From: Lama glama
Taxonomy: Eukaryota
Length of the DNA: 64,000 bases
Direction of reading: 5' to 3'
Assembly (NCBI GenBank): GCA_028534125.1
Contig: CM052816.1
Coordinates: 28,398,001 to 28,462,000 of the forward strand
Positions 63,301-64,000 of this stretch are shown piece after piece. The notes under the pieces were generated by a model. The model did not search any database. It saw nothing but the letters and a program-made list of their open reading frames with translations, and was not told where the DNA came from. The translations under genes were made by a program, and so were the position numbers. Each line of letters opens with the position of its first letter. The first letter of the stretch is position 1.

Positions 63301-64000
63301 AGCAAATATTAACAGACATAAAGGGAGACATTGACAATAATAAGTAGTAGGGGACTTCAACACCCCACTTACATCAGTGGGCAGATCATTCAGACAGAAG
63401 ATCAATAAGGCAACAGTGGCCTTAAATGACACAGCAGATTAGTTGGGCTTAAAAAATATCTAAGGGAAATTCCTTACAAAAACAGCAGAGTACACATTCC
63501 TTTCAAGCTCGCATGGAACATTCTCCAGGAGAAATCACATGCAAGGCCACAAAAGAAGTCTCAACAAATTTAAGAGGATAGAAATTATATCAAGTATCAT
63601 TTCTGACTGTAATTGTATGAAACTAGAAATCTTTTACATGAAGAAAAAATAGAAAAATCACAAATACATGGAAGCTGGAAAACCAAAGGACCAATGAAGA
63701 AATCAAAGAAGAAATCAGAAAATACCTCCAGACAAATGAAAATGGAAACAAAACTGTCCAAAATTTATGGGATGCAGCAAAAGCACTTATAAAGGGGAAG
63801 TTTTTAGCAATACAGGCCTCAAGAAATACCTCAAGAAACAAGAAAACTCTCAAATAAACAACCTAAGCTAAAATATAAAGGGATCAGAAAAAGAAGAGCA
63901 AACAAAGGCCAAAGTCAGCAGAAGGAAGGAAATAATAAAGATCAGAGAGGAAATAAATATGAGACAAAACAACAACAACAACAGAACACATAAATGAAAA
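60351..64000 (+). mobile_element. 5' portion of a long LINE-1 (5'UTR ~60351-61480, decayed ORF1 ~61490-62400, spacer, ORF2 from ~62931), continues past window
   Basis: caagatggc YY1-type start; ORF1-like aaagaattcaaag..actgaactaggg..ggctatcagctgatctttctgcagaaactttg; ORF2 endonuclease motifs. Confidence 0.9.
62931..64000 (+). pseudogene. Disrupted LINE-1 ORF2 endonuclease domain
   Basis: VNGLNASIKRHRVA, CLQETH (63044-63061) and GDFNTPL (63350-63370); start codon position reads ATA and stops/frameshifts leave no long + ORF. Confidence 0.85.

Noticed and set aside
1..64000. CRISPR arrays, operons, or a novel multi-gene system
   Set aside because: No regularly spaced repeat-spacer arrays and no gene-dense coding structure; the sequence is mammalian repeat-rich non-coding DNA

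Overview
AT-rich mammalian (eutherian) genomic DNA dominated by transposable-element relics. It is most likely camelid: there are tRNA-derived Vic-1/CHR-type SINE copies and artiodactyl-type L1 3' ends, and I saw no Alu, B1, Bov-A/BovB or PRE1. I find no intact host protein-coding gene, RNA gene, CRISPR array or prokaryotic system. The ORFs in the track that resemble known proteins are decayed LINE-1 ORF2 pieces; the rest look like microsatellite read-throughs or chance ORFs. Content: L1 copies of several ages (including the 5' 3.6 kb of a long L1 running off the right edge), L2/MIR relics, MaLR (MLT1) and ERV1/ERVL solo LTRs, hAT and Tigger-type DNA transposon relics, and microsatellites. The most notable signals are: (1) an old L1 5'UTR at ~1.8-3.35 kb that retained its CpGs and carries an antisense GC-box/TATA/YY1/Kozak-ATG/splice-donor arrangement resembling primate ORF0; (2) a MER41-like solo LTR with a perfect palindromic p53 element and a GAS motif; (3) a twin-primed inverted L1 containing a nested younger L1; (4) an L1 with a swapped 3' tail inside one TSD pair; (5) a CpG-retaining unique block at 18-20 kb; (6) an ancient local duplication at 33-34.5 kb. 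Repeat family names come from my recall of consensus sequences, not a database search. Boundaries of old repeats are approximate.
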